In this document: positions 1 to 7,540 of the stretch, piece after piece
Position numbering within the stretch: position 1 is the first letter of the stretch
How the letters are laid out: each line of letters opens with the position of its first letter
Source: an uncultured Acidobacteriaceae bacterium
GTDB lineage: Bacteria; Acidobacteriota; Terriglobia; Terriglobales; Acidobacteriaceae
NCBI GenBank assembly: GCA_963710545.1
Contig: CAVQAJ010000011.1
Location: 203,113 to 267,112, forward strand
Reading direction: 5' to 3'
Length of the DNA stretch: 64,000 nt
Position numbers and translations under genes: made by a program
Notes under the pieces: model-generated
Seen by the model: the letters and a program-made list of their open reading frames with translations, nothing else
Databases searched by the model: none
What the model was told of the DNA's origin: nothing

Positions 1-615
1 GATGAACAGATTGCGCAGCGCCGGCCCGTACTCCGGCCGCGACAGAAACAGTTGCACGCCGAACATCGCGATGATGGTTCCGATCAGCGTGATCACCAGC
101 GCCTCCACCACGCGGAAGCCCCACCGCTGCAAGAGCAGAATCAGCAGCACGTCCAGCCCCGTAATCAGCACGCCATAAAACAGCGGAATGTGAAACAGCA
201 GGTTCAGCGCAATCGCCGACCCGATCACCTCGGCCAGGTCGCACGCCGCAATCGCAATCTCCGCGCCCGCCCACAGCCCGAAGCTCACCCACCGCCCATA
301 GCTCTCGCGGCAAAGCTGCGCCAGGTCGCGCTCCGTGGCCACGCCCAATTTCAGACTCAGGCTCTGCAGCAGAATCGCCATCAGGTTCGAAGCCATGATG
401 ACCGACAGCAGCGTGTAGCCGAACTGCGATCCGCCGGCAATGTCCGTCGCCCAGTTGCCGGGGTCCATATACCCCACCGAGATCAGGAACCCCGGCCCCA
501 GAAACCCCAGCAACCGCCGCCAGCCAATCGCCGAGCGCGAAATCCGGACGCTCGAAAACACCTCCGGCAGGGAGGGCTCGTTGGTCTCGACAAGAGTTTT
601 CACTGCTGTGGCCAT
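1..615 (-). CDS. mntH: Nramp-family divalent metal (Mn2+/Fe2+):H+ symporter MntH, N-terminal part; the gene runs off the left edge
   Basis: Absent from the ORF track because it has no stop in the window. My reverse-complement translation from the ATG (613-615) reads [99 protein letters not shown]... This carries the Nramp signature GPGFL..-DPGN-.TD..AG..FGY.LL. Confidence 0.9.
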   Translation of the reverse strand, partial: MATAVKTLVETNEPSLPEVFSSVRISRSAIGWRRLLGFLGPGFLISVGYMDPGNWATDIAGGSQFGYTLLSVIMASNLMAILLQSLSLKLGVATERDLAQLCRESYGRWVSFGLWAGAEIAIAACDLAEVIGSAIALNLLFHIPLFYGVLITGLDVLLILLLQRWGFRVVEALVITLIGTIIAMFGVQLFLSRPEYGPALRNLFI

Positions 616-668
616 AGGAAAATAGAGTAGAGCCCGCAAGGCCCTCAACTTGAGTATGCCACAAGTTG

Positions 669-682
669 TTAATCATGGTTAA
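669..682 (-). promoter_or_regulatory. Candidate operator/promoter element upstream of mntH
   Basis: Near-palindrome TTAATCATGGTTAA (12/14 self-complementary) in the only AT-rich patch, ~55 nt upstream of the mntH ATG. A DtxR/MntR-family regulator gene lies next door. No consensus match can be claimed. Confidence 0.25.
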
Positions 683-701
683 TTTATTTCATTATGTGAA
701 A

Positions 702-1367
702 TTACCGTGAAAAATCCGCCCGCAGCCACCCATCTCCGTGCCCCATCCTGCCCACAGCCGCCCATCTCTGTGCCCCATCCATCGAGCGTTTTTTGCTCGA
801 TGGGTGGGAGAGCACAACACCCCATCCACCCGCTGGCCGCAAACCTAACCCGCCTCCGCCCGCAGCCACCCATCTCTGTGCCCCATCCATCGAGCGTTTT
901 TTGCTCGATGGGTGGGAGACCACAACACCCCATCCACCCGCTAGGCCGCATCGACATATACCGCCTCCGGTGCAACCAAGCGCAGGCGAGTGCGACGAGT
1001 GCTTTGAAGCGTTTTTGGATTTCTCGTATCGCGTGGCGAAACTACGGAAACACTTGAGTTTGCTGAAGCAACGTTCGATGCGATTGCGTTGTTTGTAGAG
1101 ATCTTTGTCGTATTCGCGTTGTACCTTGCGGTTGCGTTTGGGTGGGATCACGGCCTTGGCTCCCATGGCTTCAACGTGCTCTACGATGGCGTCCGCATCG
1201 TAGCCCTTGTCGGCCAGAACGGCCACGGCCATGTGTTGGCCGAGTAACGTGATGGCCTGGGTGCAGTCATTCACCTGGCCGCCAGTGACGAGAAAATCCA
1301 AGGGCAGGCCCAGTTCATTGGTGAGCAGATGAATCTTGGTCGTCAGACCTCCTCGGGAACGCCCCAA
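702..1367 (-). CDS. IS5-family transposase OrfB (DDE catalytic part), in the -1 frame relative to OrfA; the ORF reads through the IS end at 945 into the flanking repeats
   Basis: Motifs LADKGYDADAI and NRIERCFSKLK (DDE_Tnp_1-type D and E regions). Only about the first 141 codons are inside the IS. The remaining ~80 codons are repeat-derived read-through. Confidence 0.8.
   Translation of the reverse strand: MGRSRGGLTTKIHLLTNELGLPLDFLVTGGQVNDCTQAITLLGQHMAVAVLADKGYDADAIVEHVEAMGAKAVIPPKRNRKVQREYDKDLYKQRNRIERCFSKLKCFRSFATRYEKSKNASKHSSHSPALGCTGGGICRCGLAGGWGVVVSHPSSKKRSMDGAQRWVAAGGGGLGLRPAGGWGVVLSHPSSKKRSMDGAQRWAAVGRMGHGDGWLRADFSR
711..944 (+). repeat. Family A hairpin repeats: left part of a tandem array with a ~109-bp period
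   Basis: Unit is ...GCCGCAAACCTAACCCGCCTCCGCCCGCAGCC.CCCATCTC.GTGCCCCATCCATCGAGCGTTTTTTGCTCGATGGGTGGGAGAGCACAACACCCCATCCACCCGCT. Loops GAGCGTTTTTTGCTC lie near 783 and 892. Confidence 0.9.
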
Positions 1368-1720
1368 AGCCTTGTCCGCGCCCCTTTTTTGCGGCCCGTG
1401 GCCGCTTGCTGATGAGCCCGCACGATGGTCGAATCCAGCATCAGATATTGGTTTTTCTTATCCCGCACCAGTTCGTGAAAGACCCGCTCCCAGACGCCGG
1501 AGTTGGCCCAGCGCATGAAGCGCTTATGCACGCTTTTGTACTTGCCGTAACGCTCCGGAAGGTCAGCCCAACGCGCTCCCGAGCGCAGTACCCACAGCAC
1601 GCTGTTCACAAAGAGACGGTTATCGGCTGCGGTGCGGCCTACATGCTCCTTGCGCCCAGGAAGAAAATCCTTGATCTTCTCCCACTGCAAATCACTCAAT
1701 TCATACCGGCTTGGGGACAT
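1343..1720 (-). CDS. IS5-family transposase OrfA (N-terminal DNA-binding part)
   Basis: ORF-track protein MSPSRYELSDLQWEKIKDFLPGRKEHVGRTAADNRLFVNSVLWVLRSGARWADLPERYGKYKSVHKRFMRWANSGVWERVF... is a typical DUF4096/IS5 N-terminus. Confidence 0.88.
   Translation of the reverse strand: MSPSRYELSDLQWEKIKDFLPGRKEHVGRTAADNRLFVNSVLWVLRSGARWADLPERYGKYKSVHKRFMRWANSGVWERVFHELVRDKKNQYLMLDSTIVRAHQQAATGRKKGARTRLWGVPEEV
1384..1390 (-). promoter_or_regulatory. A6G slippery run (AAAAAAG) for -1 frameshifting or transcriptional slippage joining OrfA and OrfB
   Basis: mRNA sense is ...GGC CGC AAA AAA GGG GCG... OrfB is open in the -1 frame from here (..QKRGADKALGRSRGGLTTKIH..). OrfA stops 40 nt downstream. Confidence 0.6.
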
Positions 1721-1774
1721 ACTTCCACTTCAGCAGCTAGAAACCAAACTGCATAGTGTATATGTCGATACTGC

Positions 1775-2035
1775 CTAGCCGCAAACCTAACCCGTCTCCG
1801 CCCGCAGCCGCCCATCTCCGTGCCCCATCCATCGAGCGTTTTTTGCTCGATGGGTGGGAGAGCACAACACCCCAACCACCCGCTGGCCGCAAACCTAACC
1901 CGCCTCCGCCCACAGCCGCCCATCTCCGTGCCCCATCCATCGAGCGTTTTTTGCTCGATGGGTGGGAGAGCACAACACCCCATCCACCCGCTAGCCGCAA
2001 ACCTAACCCGCCTCCGCCCGCAGCCAAACCGCCTC
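1775..2035 (+). repeat. Family A hairpin repeats: right part of the same tandem array (2 full units plus a partial one)
   Basis: Loops GAGCGTTTTTTGCTC lie near 1833 and 1942 (period 109). The last partial unit overlaps the 3' end of the DtxR-family gene. Confidence 0.9.
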
Positions 2036-2671
2036 CGCCGCCGGTCTTCCTAGAATCGAATTCCCCGTACTCAACTCAATCGAAACGGTTTGATCGTAGT
2101 TCTGGCTCACCACGCGCAGGCTCTTTCCCGGCCCGATCCCGGTCTTGTGCAAAAAAAGCAGCAGCTTCGGGTCCCGCTCATGCAGGCTGGTCACCGTGTA
2201 GCGCCACCCCTCCACGGCTTCGGACAACGGCGTCTCGCCCCGCCGCTTGCGTTCCGCCGGGCTCACCGGCAGCACCGCGTTCCCGTGCGGACAGGCCCCG
2301 CTCTCCCCCAGCTTCTCTTTCAGTTTCTGCTCGAAGGCCGGCGAAACCGCGTGTTCCAGCCGCTCCGCCTCCTCGTGAATCTCATACCACTCCATGCCGA
2401 ACACTTCGCTCAGCATGCGCTCGATCAGGTGGTGCCTGAGCGCCGTCCGGTAGGCCGTCTCGCGTCCCGCCTCCGTCAGCCGCACAATCCCATCCCCGCC
2501 CACCTCCACCAGGCCATCCCGCTTCAGCCGTTTCAGCGCCATGGTCACCGCCGGCGCACTCACCTCCAGCCAATGCGCCAGCATCGCCGGAATCACCTGG
2601 TGCCCTTCGGCCTCAGCCTCCAGAATCGCCTTCAAATAGTTCTCTTTGGATACGTGGATCGAGTCTTTCAT
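2003..2671 (-). CDS. mntR: DtxR/MntR-family metal-dependent transcriptional regulator with a C-terminal FeoA/SH3-like domain
   Basis: MKDSIHVSKENYLKAILEAEAEGHQVIPAMLAHWLEVSAPAVTMALKRLKRDGLVEV...RHHLIERMLSEVFGMEWYEIHEEAERLEH is the DtxR HTH plus dimerisation/metal-site region. It lies upstream of mntH on the same strand. The symbol is inferred from context. Confidence 0.85.
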   Translation of the reverse strand: MKDSIHVSKENYLKAILEAEAEGHQVIPAMLAHWLEVSAPAVTMALKRLKRDGLVEVGGDGIVRLTEAGRETAYRTALRHHLIERMLSEVFGMEWYEIHEEAERLEHAVSPAFEQKLKEKLGESGACPHGNAVLPVSPAERKRRGETPLSEAVEGWRYTVTSLHERDPKLLLFLHKTGIGPGKSLRVVSQNYDQTVSIELSTGNSILGRPAAEAVWLRAEAG

Positions 2672-2912
2672 CTTCGCCTTCCATCCAGTCTATTTGCATT
2701 CCTGCCGATGGTCCAAGGTCTTTTCAAACTGCGAAGATGCGCATGCCGCTCGGGCTGCGCGCCCGCTGCGCTCCCTGATGAGCTCGTCTCCCTCCCCCGG
2801 CCCGCCCAAGACCCCCAGTACGCAACTGATTACCAAAGGCACTATTACGGCTCCCGGCACTCTGGCGCGGCTGCCATTTTGGCGCTATGCTCGCCACAAA
2901 GGGCAGTTGCCG

Positions 2913-3782
2913 ATGAGCCGGTCACTGCAATCCGCTTCCTTCCTGGCCCGCCCCGGCTTCAGGCGGTCCCTGGCGCTGGCAATCTTCAGCCTGGCCGGGT
3001 TCGGCGTCCTGCTTCCCGCACAGACTTCCGCCCCCGCCCCGGCCCCCTCCACAACCCAGGCCACACCCGACAGTCTCCCCGCCGCGCCCGCGCCCGCCGC
3101 GCCTGGCGTTCGCTCCAACGCGACCTCCGCCGCCCCCGTCCCTGGGCTATTCAGCAGACCCTCCACCCTGCGCCAGCTCAGGACTCCTGCACTCGCCCTG
3201 AGCGCAGGCGCAAACCCGTTCCAGCCCAGCCCTTCCACGCTGGCCCCCTTCCAGTCCGCCCCCGTCCTCGGCAGTTTTCTTCCCCTCGAGGGATTCGGCA
3301 TGGGCTTCGACACCGTCCCCGCGGGCTTCAATTTCGCCCTCCCCGGCGCCGCCCCACCTGGGTTTGGAAACATCCCCTCCGCCGGCTTCAGTCCTTTCAG
3401 CACCTCTGGCATGGGCGGGCGCCCAGGCCTCCTCTTCCCCATGCGCTCCGGCCCCAACCTCAGCCTGGTAGCCGGTCCGCAAGGGTTCCCCGGCCCCGCT
3501 CCCTGGTCTCTTGATTCAGCCAGCGAATCCTTGCGCGGCAACTTCAACCTGCCCCTCGGCTCGTCCGCCCCGAGCTTCCCCTTCACCTATGAGGTCCCGT
3601 TCGCTCCCAGCGGCGCTTTCTCCAGCCTCGATTTCCGCAAGGTGATCGCCACCGGCGCCTACACCAGCCCCGACCTCGGCAACGGCGTCCATTTTTCCGC
3701 CGGCACGGGCTACAACGGAAAGTCCGTTGCCGGCGTCCGCAAGCCCGCAGGCCCGGCGGTAACCATCAAGCTGACCTTCTAG
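2913..3782 (+). CDS. Hypothetical secreted Pro/Ala/Gly/Ser/Phe-rich protein
   Basis: The ATG at 2913 gives MSRSLQSASFLARPGFRRSLALAIFSLAGFGVLLPAQTSAP, which is signal-peptide-like. Third-position GC is high. The C-terminus is ...VTIKLTF; a terminal Phe is reminiscent of OMP beta-signals. No family is recognised. Confidence 0.5.
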   Translation: MSRSLQSASFLARPGFRRSLALAIFSLAGFGVLLPAQTSAPAPAPSTTQATPDSLPAAPAPAAPGVRSNATSAAPVPGLFSRPSTLRQLRTPALALSAGANPFQPSPSTLAPFQSAPVLGSFLPLEGFGMGFDTVPAGFNFALPGAAPPGFGNIPSAGFSPFSTSGMGGRPGLLFPMRSGPNLSLVAGPQGFPGPAPWSLDSASESLRGNFNLPLGSSAPSFPFTYEVPFAPSGAFSSLDFRKVIATGAYTSPDLGNGVHFSAGTGYNGKSVAGVRKPAGPAVTIKLTF

Positions 3783-3830
3783 CGAGCAGCAGCCCCAATG
3801 AGAAAGGCCCGGAGCAAACGCCCCAGGCCT

Positions 3831-3872
3831 TCCCTGATCCCTGTTCCCTGATCCCTGACCCCTGATCCCTGT
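3831..3872 (-). repeat. Heptamer tandem tract; the minus (tsf-sense) strand reads (GGGAnCA)n, a G-quadruplex motif
   Basis: The plus strand has CCCTGAT CCCTGTT CCCTGAT CCCTGAC CCCTGAT CCCTGTT, i.e. six C3-4 runs spaced 7 nt apart. The tract starts 9 nt downstream of the tsf stop (3879-3881) in mRNA sense. Confidence 0.85.
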
Positions 3873-3878
3873 TTCTCG

Positions 3879-4532
3879 TCACTCCGCCGTTTCCACGGCC
3901 TTGGTCTGCGCCACGGTCCAGTCCGCCGCGCCCACCTTGAAGCGCGCAAACCGCCGCACCGTGATGTTCTCGCCCAGCTTGCCCACCTTGGTCGCGATCA
4001 GTTCCTTGATGCTCACCGCCTGGTCCTTGATGAAGGGCTGCTCCAGCAGGCAGACCTCCTCGTAGAACTTGGCCATCTTGCCGTCCACGATCCGCTCGAT
4101 CACCGGCGCCGGCTTGCCCGTCGCGGCCGCCTGCGCGCGATAGATCTCCTTCTCCCGCTCCAGGTCCTCGATCGTCACGTCCTCCGGCTTCACGTAGCGC
4201 GGATCGCTGGCCGCGATGTGCATCGCAATGTCTTTCAGCAACTCCTGGAAGTCCTCGGTCCGCGCCACAAAGTCGCTCTCGCAGTTCAACTCGATCAGCA
4301 CCCCGATCTTGCCGCCCGCGTGGATATACGTCCCCACCGCGCCCTCGTTGGTCGAACGCGCCGCCTTCTTCTGCGCCGACGCCATCCCCCGCTTGCGCAG
4401 CACCACAAACGCCTCTTCCATCTGCCCCTTGGTCTCCTGCAAAGCCTTCAGGCAGTCGCCCATCGGCGCTCCCGACTTCTCGCGGAGCTCTTTCACCAGC
4501 TTGGCATCAATCTTCTCGCTCACTGTCGTCAT
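3879..4532 (-). CDS. tsf: Translation elongation factor Ts
   Basis: MTTVSEKIDAKLVKELREKSGAPMGDCLKALQETKGQMEEAFVVLRKRGMASAQKKAARSTNEGAVGTYIHAGGKIGVLIELNCESDFVART... I chose the start at MTTVSEK. The ORF track extends to 4592. Confidence 0.95.
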   Translation of the reverse strand: MTTVSEKIDAKLVKELREKSGAPMGDCLKALQETKGQMEEAFVVLRKRGMASAQKKAARSTNEGAVGTYIHAGGKIGVLIELNCESDFVARTEDFQELLKDIAMHIAASDPRYVKPEDVTIEDLEREKEIYRAQAAATGKPAPVIERIVDGKMAKFYEEVCLLEQPFIKDQAVSIKELIATKVGKLGENITVRRFARFKVGAADWTVAQTKAVETAE

Positions 4533-4670
4533 CTCTCTTTTCCTGTTTTTTCCCGTGCTGTTTCGTTCCCGTGCCCGTCGCATTTCCGGCATAAGAAAAG
4601 CGTGGCTGTCTCAACTGGCGGCCACGCTGTCCTTAGTCTCCGCACTCGCGTGCGACCCAAAAACCCGGCC

Positions 4671-5525
4671 TCAGCCCTCGGCCACTTCCGCCTCATCCAG
4701 AGCCGCAACCGCCGCCGGCGCCTTGCGAATCCCGCCGCCCAGCGCCGCTTCCAGGTCCACTTCCTCCGCCGGCGCAACTTCCGCCGCCGCCGCTTCAATG
4801 GCAATCGGCTCCGGCAGCTCTTCTTGAAAGGCCTTGTCGCCCACCAGGTTCACGCCCTCGGCTGCCGAATCGGCAATCTTCGACGTAAACAGCCGAATCG
4901 CCCGCAGCGCGTCGTCGTTGCCCGGAATCACGTAGTCCACCACCGTCGGGTCGCAGTTTGTGTCCACCACCGCTACCACCGGAATCCCCAGCTTGCGCGC
5001 TTCCTTCACCGCAATCGCCTCGTTGTTCGAGTCCACGATGAACAGCGCGTCCGGCAGCCGCTTCATGCTCTTGATGCCGGCCAGATTCGCCTGCAGGTGC
5101 TTGCGCTCCCGCTCCAGCTTGATCACTTCCTTCTTGGTCAGCAGCTCGTAGCGGCCATCCGTGGCCATCTCGTCCAGTTCCTGAAGGCGCTTTACACTCT
5201 TCTGCACCGTCACCCAGTTGGTCAGCAAGCCGCCCAGCCAGCGCTGGTTGATGTACGGCATCCCCGCCCGCGTGGCCTCTTCGGCCACCGCGTCCTGCGC
5301 CTGGCGCTTGGTGCCGACAAACAGAATCGTCTTGCCGCTCGAGCACAGCTCGGTGACAAACTTCGACGCGTCCTTGAACAGCTTCAGCGTCTTCTGCAGG
5401 TCGATGATGTAAATTCCGTTGCGCTCGCCAAAGATATATTCCTTCATCTTCGGATTCCAGCGCTTCGTCTGATGCCCGAAGTGAACTCCCGCTTCGAGCA
5501 GCTCCTTCATTGTGATCGTGGCCAT
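4671..5525 (-). CDS. rpsB: 30S ribosomal protein S2
   Basis: [46 protein letters not shown]... It lies immediately upstream of tsf, the classical rpsB-tsf operon. Confidence 0.97.
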   Translation of the reverse strand: MATITMKELLEAGVHFGHQTKRWNPKMKEYIFGERNGIYIIDLQKTLKLFKDASKFVTELCSSGKTILFVGTKRQAQDAVAEEATRAGMPYINQRWLGGLLTNWVTVQKSVKRLQELDEMATDGRYELLTKKEVIKLERERKHLQANLAGIKSMKRLPDALFIVDSNNEAIAVKEARKLGIPVVAVVDTNCDPTVVDYVIPGNDDALRAIRLFTSKIADSAAEGVNLVGDKAFQEELPEPIAIEAAAAEVAPAEEVDLEAALGGGIRKAPAAVAALDEAEVAEG

Positions 5526-5601
5526 TGGCCTCCTTCGTAGATTGCATCCGGGCCGGCTTTGCCTTCCCCGGATTGAACCCGCTCATGCGGGAATTTGAAA
5601 A

Positions 5602-5690
5602 CTCAGATTACAGATGACAGGTTACAGATGACAGCCAAACAGTCGATCAAGAAAACTGTCACCTGTCATCTGCAATCTGTCATCTCGCAG
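5602..5690 (-). terminator. Long imperfect hairpin built from inverted ACAG-heptamer tracts, followed by a short U run; candidate terminator of rplM-rpsI
   Basis: In mRNA sense, just after the rpsI stop: GAGATGACAGATTGCAGATGACAGGTGACAG - 21-nt loop - CTGTCATCTGTAACCTGTCATCTGTAATCTGAG TTTTC. About 24 of 31 arm positions pair in the register I checked. Confidence 0.4.
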
Positions 5691-6086
5691 TTAGCGCTTG
5701 CTAAACTGGAACCGCTTGCGGGCGCCCTTCTGCCCGTACTTCTTGCGTTCCTTCTGCCGCGCATCGCGCGTCATCAGGCCTTCCGCCTTCAAAATCTTGC
5801 GCAGCTCCGGGTTGAATACCACCAGCGCGCGCGCAATGCCCATCTTCACCGCATCGGCCTGCGCCGCCACGCCGCCGCTCTTCACCGTGGTCACCACGTC
5901 GAAGCTCGAGGCCAGCTCGGCCACCACCAGCGTCCGCTTGGCCGCCACCCGCTGCTGCTCGGTCACAAAGTAGGTCTCGAACGGCTTCCCGTTCACCTTC
6001 CACTCGCCCGTGCCGGGACGCAGAAACACCCGCGCAATCGCCGACTTGCGCCGTCCCGTCCCGTAATACTGAACCAGATCTGCCAT
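5691..6086 (-). CDS. rpsI: 30S ribosomal protein S9
   Basis: [40 protein letters not shown]...[25 protein letters not shown] lies ~8 nt upstream of the ATG at 6086. Confidence 0.95.
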   Translation of the reverse strand: MADLVQYYGTGRRKSAIARVFLRPGTGEWKVNGKPFETYFVTEQQRVAAKRTLVVAELASSFDVVTTVKSGGVAAQADAVKMGIARALVVFNPELRKILKAEGLMTRDARQKERKKYGQKGARKRFQFSKR

Positions 6087-6151
6087 TCTCAACTCTCTCC
6101 GCCGGCTCTCTCACCGGCAAACCTGTTAACTCTCTGCTGCCAGGCCTTTAA

Positions 6152-6182
6152 CTGTCACCTGTCATCTGTAATCTGTCACCTG
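6152..6182 (-). repeat. ACAG-heptamer tandem tract in the rplM-rpsI spacer
   Basis: Plus strand is CTGTCAC CTGTCAT CTGTAAT CTGTCAC CTG. In mRNA sense, GTGACAG ATTACAG ATGACAG GTGACAG begins directly at the rplM stop codon. Confidence 0.85.
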
Positions 6183-6614
6183 CTACTTGATCTCCATCGC
6201 CACCGGCATCTGCGCCTGGTGCGGATGCTTGTCGCCGCGATACACCTTCAGCTTGGTCGCCATCTGGCGGCCCATCTTGCTCTTCGGCAGCATGCCCTTG
6301 ATGGCCTGCTCCAGAATCGCTTCCGGCTTGCGGTTCAGCAGGCGCGTAAACTGTTCCTCGCGCAGCCCGCCGGGGAATCCCGTATAGCGCCGGTAAAGCT
6401 TCTGCTGCGCCTTCAGCCCCGTCAGCCGGATCTTCTCCGCGTTGATCACGATCACGTGGTCGCCCACGTCGATATACGGAACGTATTGCGGATTCAGCTT
6501 GCCGCTCAGCAAATCGGCGGCCTTGGTCGCCAACCGCCCCAGCGTCTGGCCGCTGGCGTCCATCACATACCACTTGCGCGGAATGTCTTTCCCGCTCGGA
6601 ACAAAGGTGCCCAT
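6183..6614 (-). CDS. rplM: 50S ribosomal protein L13
   Basis: [83 protein letters not shown]... The ORF-track extension to 7073 is repeat-derived. Confidence 0.95.
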   Translation of the reverse strand: MGTFVPSGKDIPRKWYVMDASGQTLGRLATKAADLLSGKLNPQYVPYIDVGDHVIVINAEKIRLTGLKAQQKLYRRYTGFPGGLREEQFTRLLNRKPEAILEQAIKGMLPKSKMGRQMATKLKVYRGDKHPHQAQMPVAMEIK

Positions 6615-6673
6615 CTCTCTCCTGCCCTCTAAAAAAGAAACCCGCCCAAAATCTGGGATTTGCCTGCTTCCAT

Positions 6674-6813
6674 CCTGCGCAAATCCTCCGTGCCCCATCC
6701 ATTCGCGGTCGCCGCCCCGACCGAATGGGTGGGAGACCACAAACCTGCGCAAATCCTCTGTGCCCCATCCATTCGCGGTCGCCGCCCCGACCGAATGGGT
6801 GGGAGACCACAAA
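6674..6813 (+). repeat. Family A' hairpin repeats: two tandem 70-bp units
   Basis: CCTGCGCAAATCCTC.GTGCCCCATCCATTCGCGGTCGCCGCCCCGACCGAATGGGTGGGAGACCACAAA occurs at 6674-6743 and 6744-6813. The outer stem is the same as family A and the inner stem differs. Confidence 0.9.
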
Positions 6814-6889
6814 TCCCAACCGGCCCCTTGAACTCGGCGCCCGATCGAAGGGTACTTCTCTTCAGCCCGTACATCAACAACCCCAAAAA

Positions 6890-6980
6890 CCCGGGCGGTA
6901 GGTCCGGGCTTCAGCCCGGACATAACGCCTGCAACATCAACCTGGGCTTTAGCCCCTGAGGCAAGGTCTTCGGGAAATCC
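6890..6980. repeat. Fragmentary family B-type repeat (GGGCTTCAGCCCGG / GGGCTTTAGCCCCTGAGG short hairpins)
   Basis: The CCGGGCTTCAGCCCGG and CTGGGCTTTAGCCCCTGAGG modules match the internal hairpins of the MITE-like elements at 9219 and 57243. Confidence 0.6.
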
Positions 6981-7354
6981 CACCCGAACCCCTGCCCGCC
7001 CTCTGCAAAATCCATCGCGCAAAGCGCTTTTCCCTCGCGCAAAACGCGCAAGGGCTCTTGTTTCTACCCACATCCAAACAATTATGTTCGGGTGAGAACC
7101 GCGCGTGCTGGCCCCTTCAAGGGCCCTGGCTCAGTTAGATCCGTGACCGTTCCCACGCATCCAGCAGCCCTTGGCCTGCTCCAGCCGACCCCCAAAGGGC
7201 CATCGACCAGATGAGTCCGGGTGCAGACACACAGACCCCAGGCGCAACACCGCGCAAGGAGTCCAGAATACCCGAATCCCGCCCCAGAGTCAACGATTCA
7301 ACGCGGCGATTCGTTCAGGCTCTGTATCACGGCACCTCGCGGAGGCCCCGTATC

Positions 7355-7540
7355 AGGGCACGACTTCAGTCGTGCCGCAACCGCCCCCAAAAAACGACCC
7401 GGGCTTTAGCCCCTGCGGACCCCTTTCGCGATCTAGAATCAAACCCGCAGGCGGGTGGCCAACACTTTCCCTGGCTAAGATGCGGGCTCCCCATCCTTGC
7501 GATCCGCCGCGGCGGATTTTTGTCGCAAGGGTGGGAAACC
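7355..7540. repeat. Repeat cluster: a family B fragment (7355-7418) plus a family A'' hairpin (7486-7540)
   Basis: GGGCACGACTTCAGTCGTGCC...GGGCTTTAGCCCCTGCGG, then GCTCCCCATCCTTGCGATCCGCCGCGGCGGATTTTTGTCGCAAGGGTGGGAAACC. Confidence 0.7.

Larger units (their letters stand above)
945..1774 (-). mobile_element. IS5-family insertion sequence (two-ORF, frameshift type; IS427/IS1031-like), ~830 bp
   Basis: Terminal inverted repeats GCCGCATCGACATATAC (945-961) and GTATATGTCGATACTGC (1758-1774) match 15/17. CTAG flanks both ends (941-944 and 1775-1778). Joining the flanks recreates CATCCACCCGCTAGCCGCAAACCTAACCC, which is identical to the intact unit junction at 1981-2009. Confidence 0.88.

Noticed and set aside
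711-2035. Possible CRISPR array, because of regularly spaced repeats.
   Set aside because: The units are ~109 bp and directly abutting with no unique spacers. There are no cas genes and the repeat is far longer than CRISPR repeats.
679-2439. ORFs translating the hairpin repeats (679..975, 707..1057, 793..1098, 1696..1983, 1737..2027, 1756..2439, 1820..2053; likewise 6148..6819, 6629..6886, 6660..6959).
   Set aside because: The same DNA is open in several frames and on both strands, and the peptides are just repeat translations (..LPPIEQKTLDGWGTEMGGCG.. / ..PHPSSVFCSMGGRAQHP..). This is non-coding repeat DNA.
2090-3514. Very long ORFs rich in Arg/Pro/Gly/His on the strand opposite real genes, or out of frame with them. 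Examples: 2090..3514, 4218..5540, 7790..9226, 12267..13694, 14029..15810, 17251..18540, 23182..24804, 26098..27252, 40458..42356, 48496..49815, 51264..52763 (except its last 91 codons), 58501..60864, 61046..62395 (except its last 85 codons).
   Set aside because: These are typical shadow ORFs of high-GC DNA. Each overlaps a gene with clear family motifs, and their composition is low-complexity with no recognisable domains.
7190-7240. AGTCCGGGTG, resembling the RNase P RNA universal AGTCCGGGC motif.
   Set aside because: The surrounding sequence lacks the GAGGAAAGTCC context and the other conserved RNase P regions.
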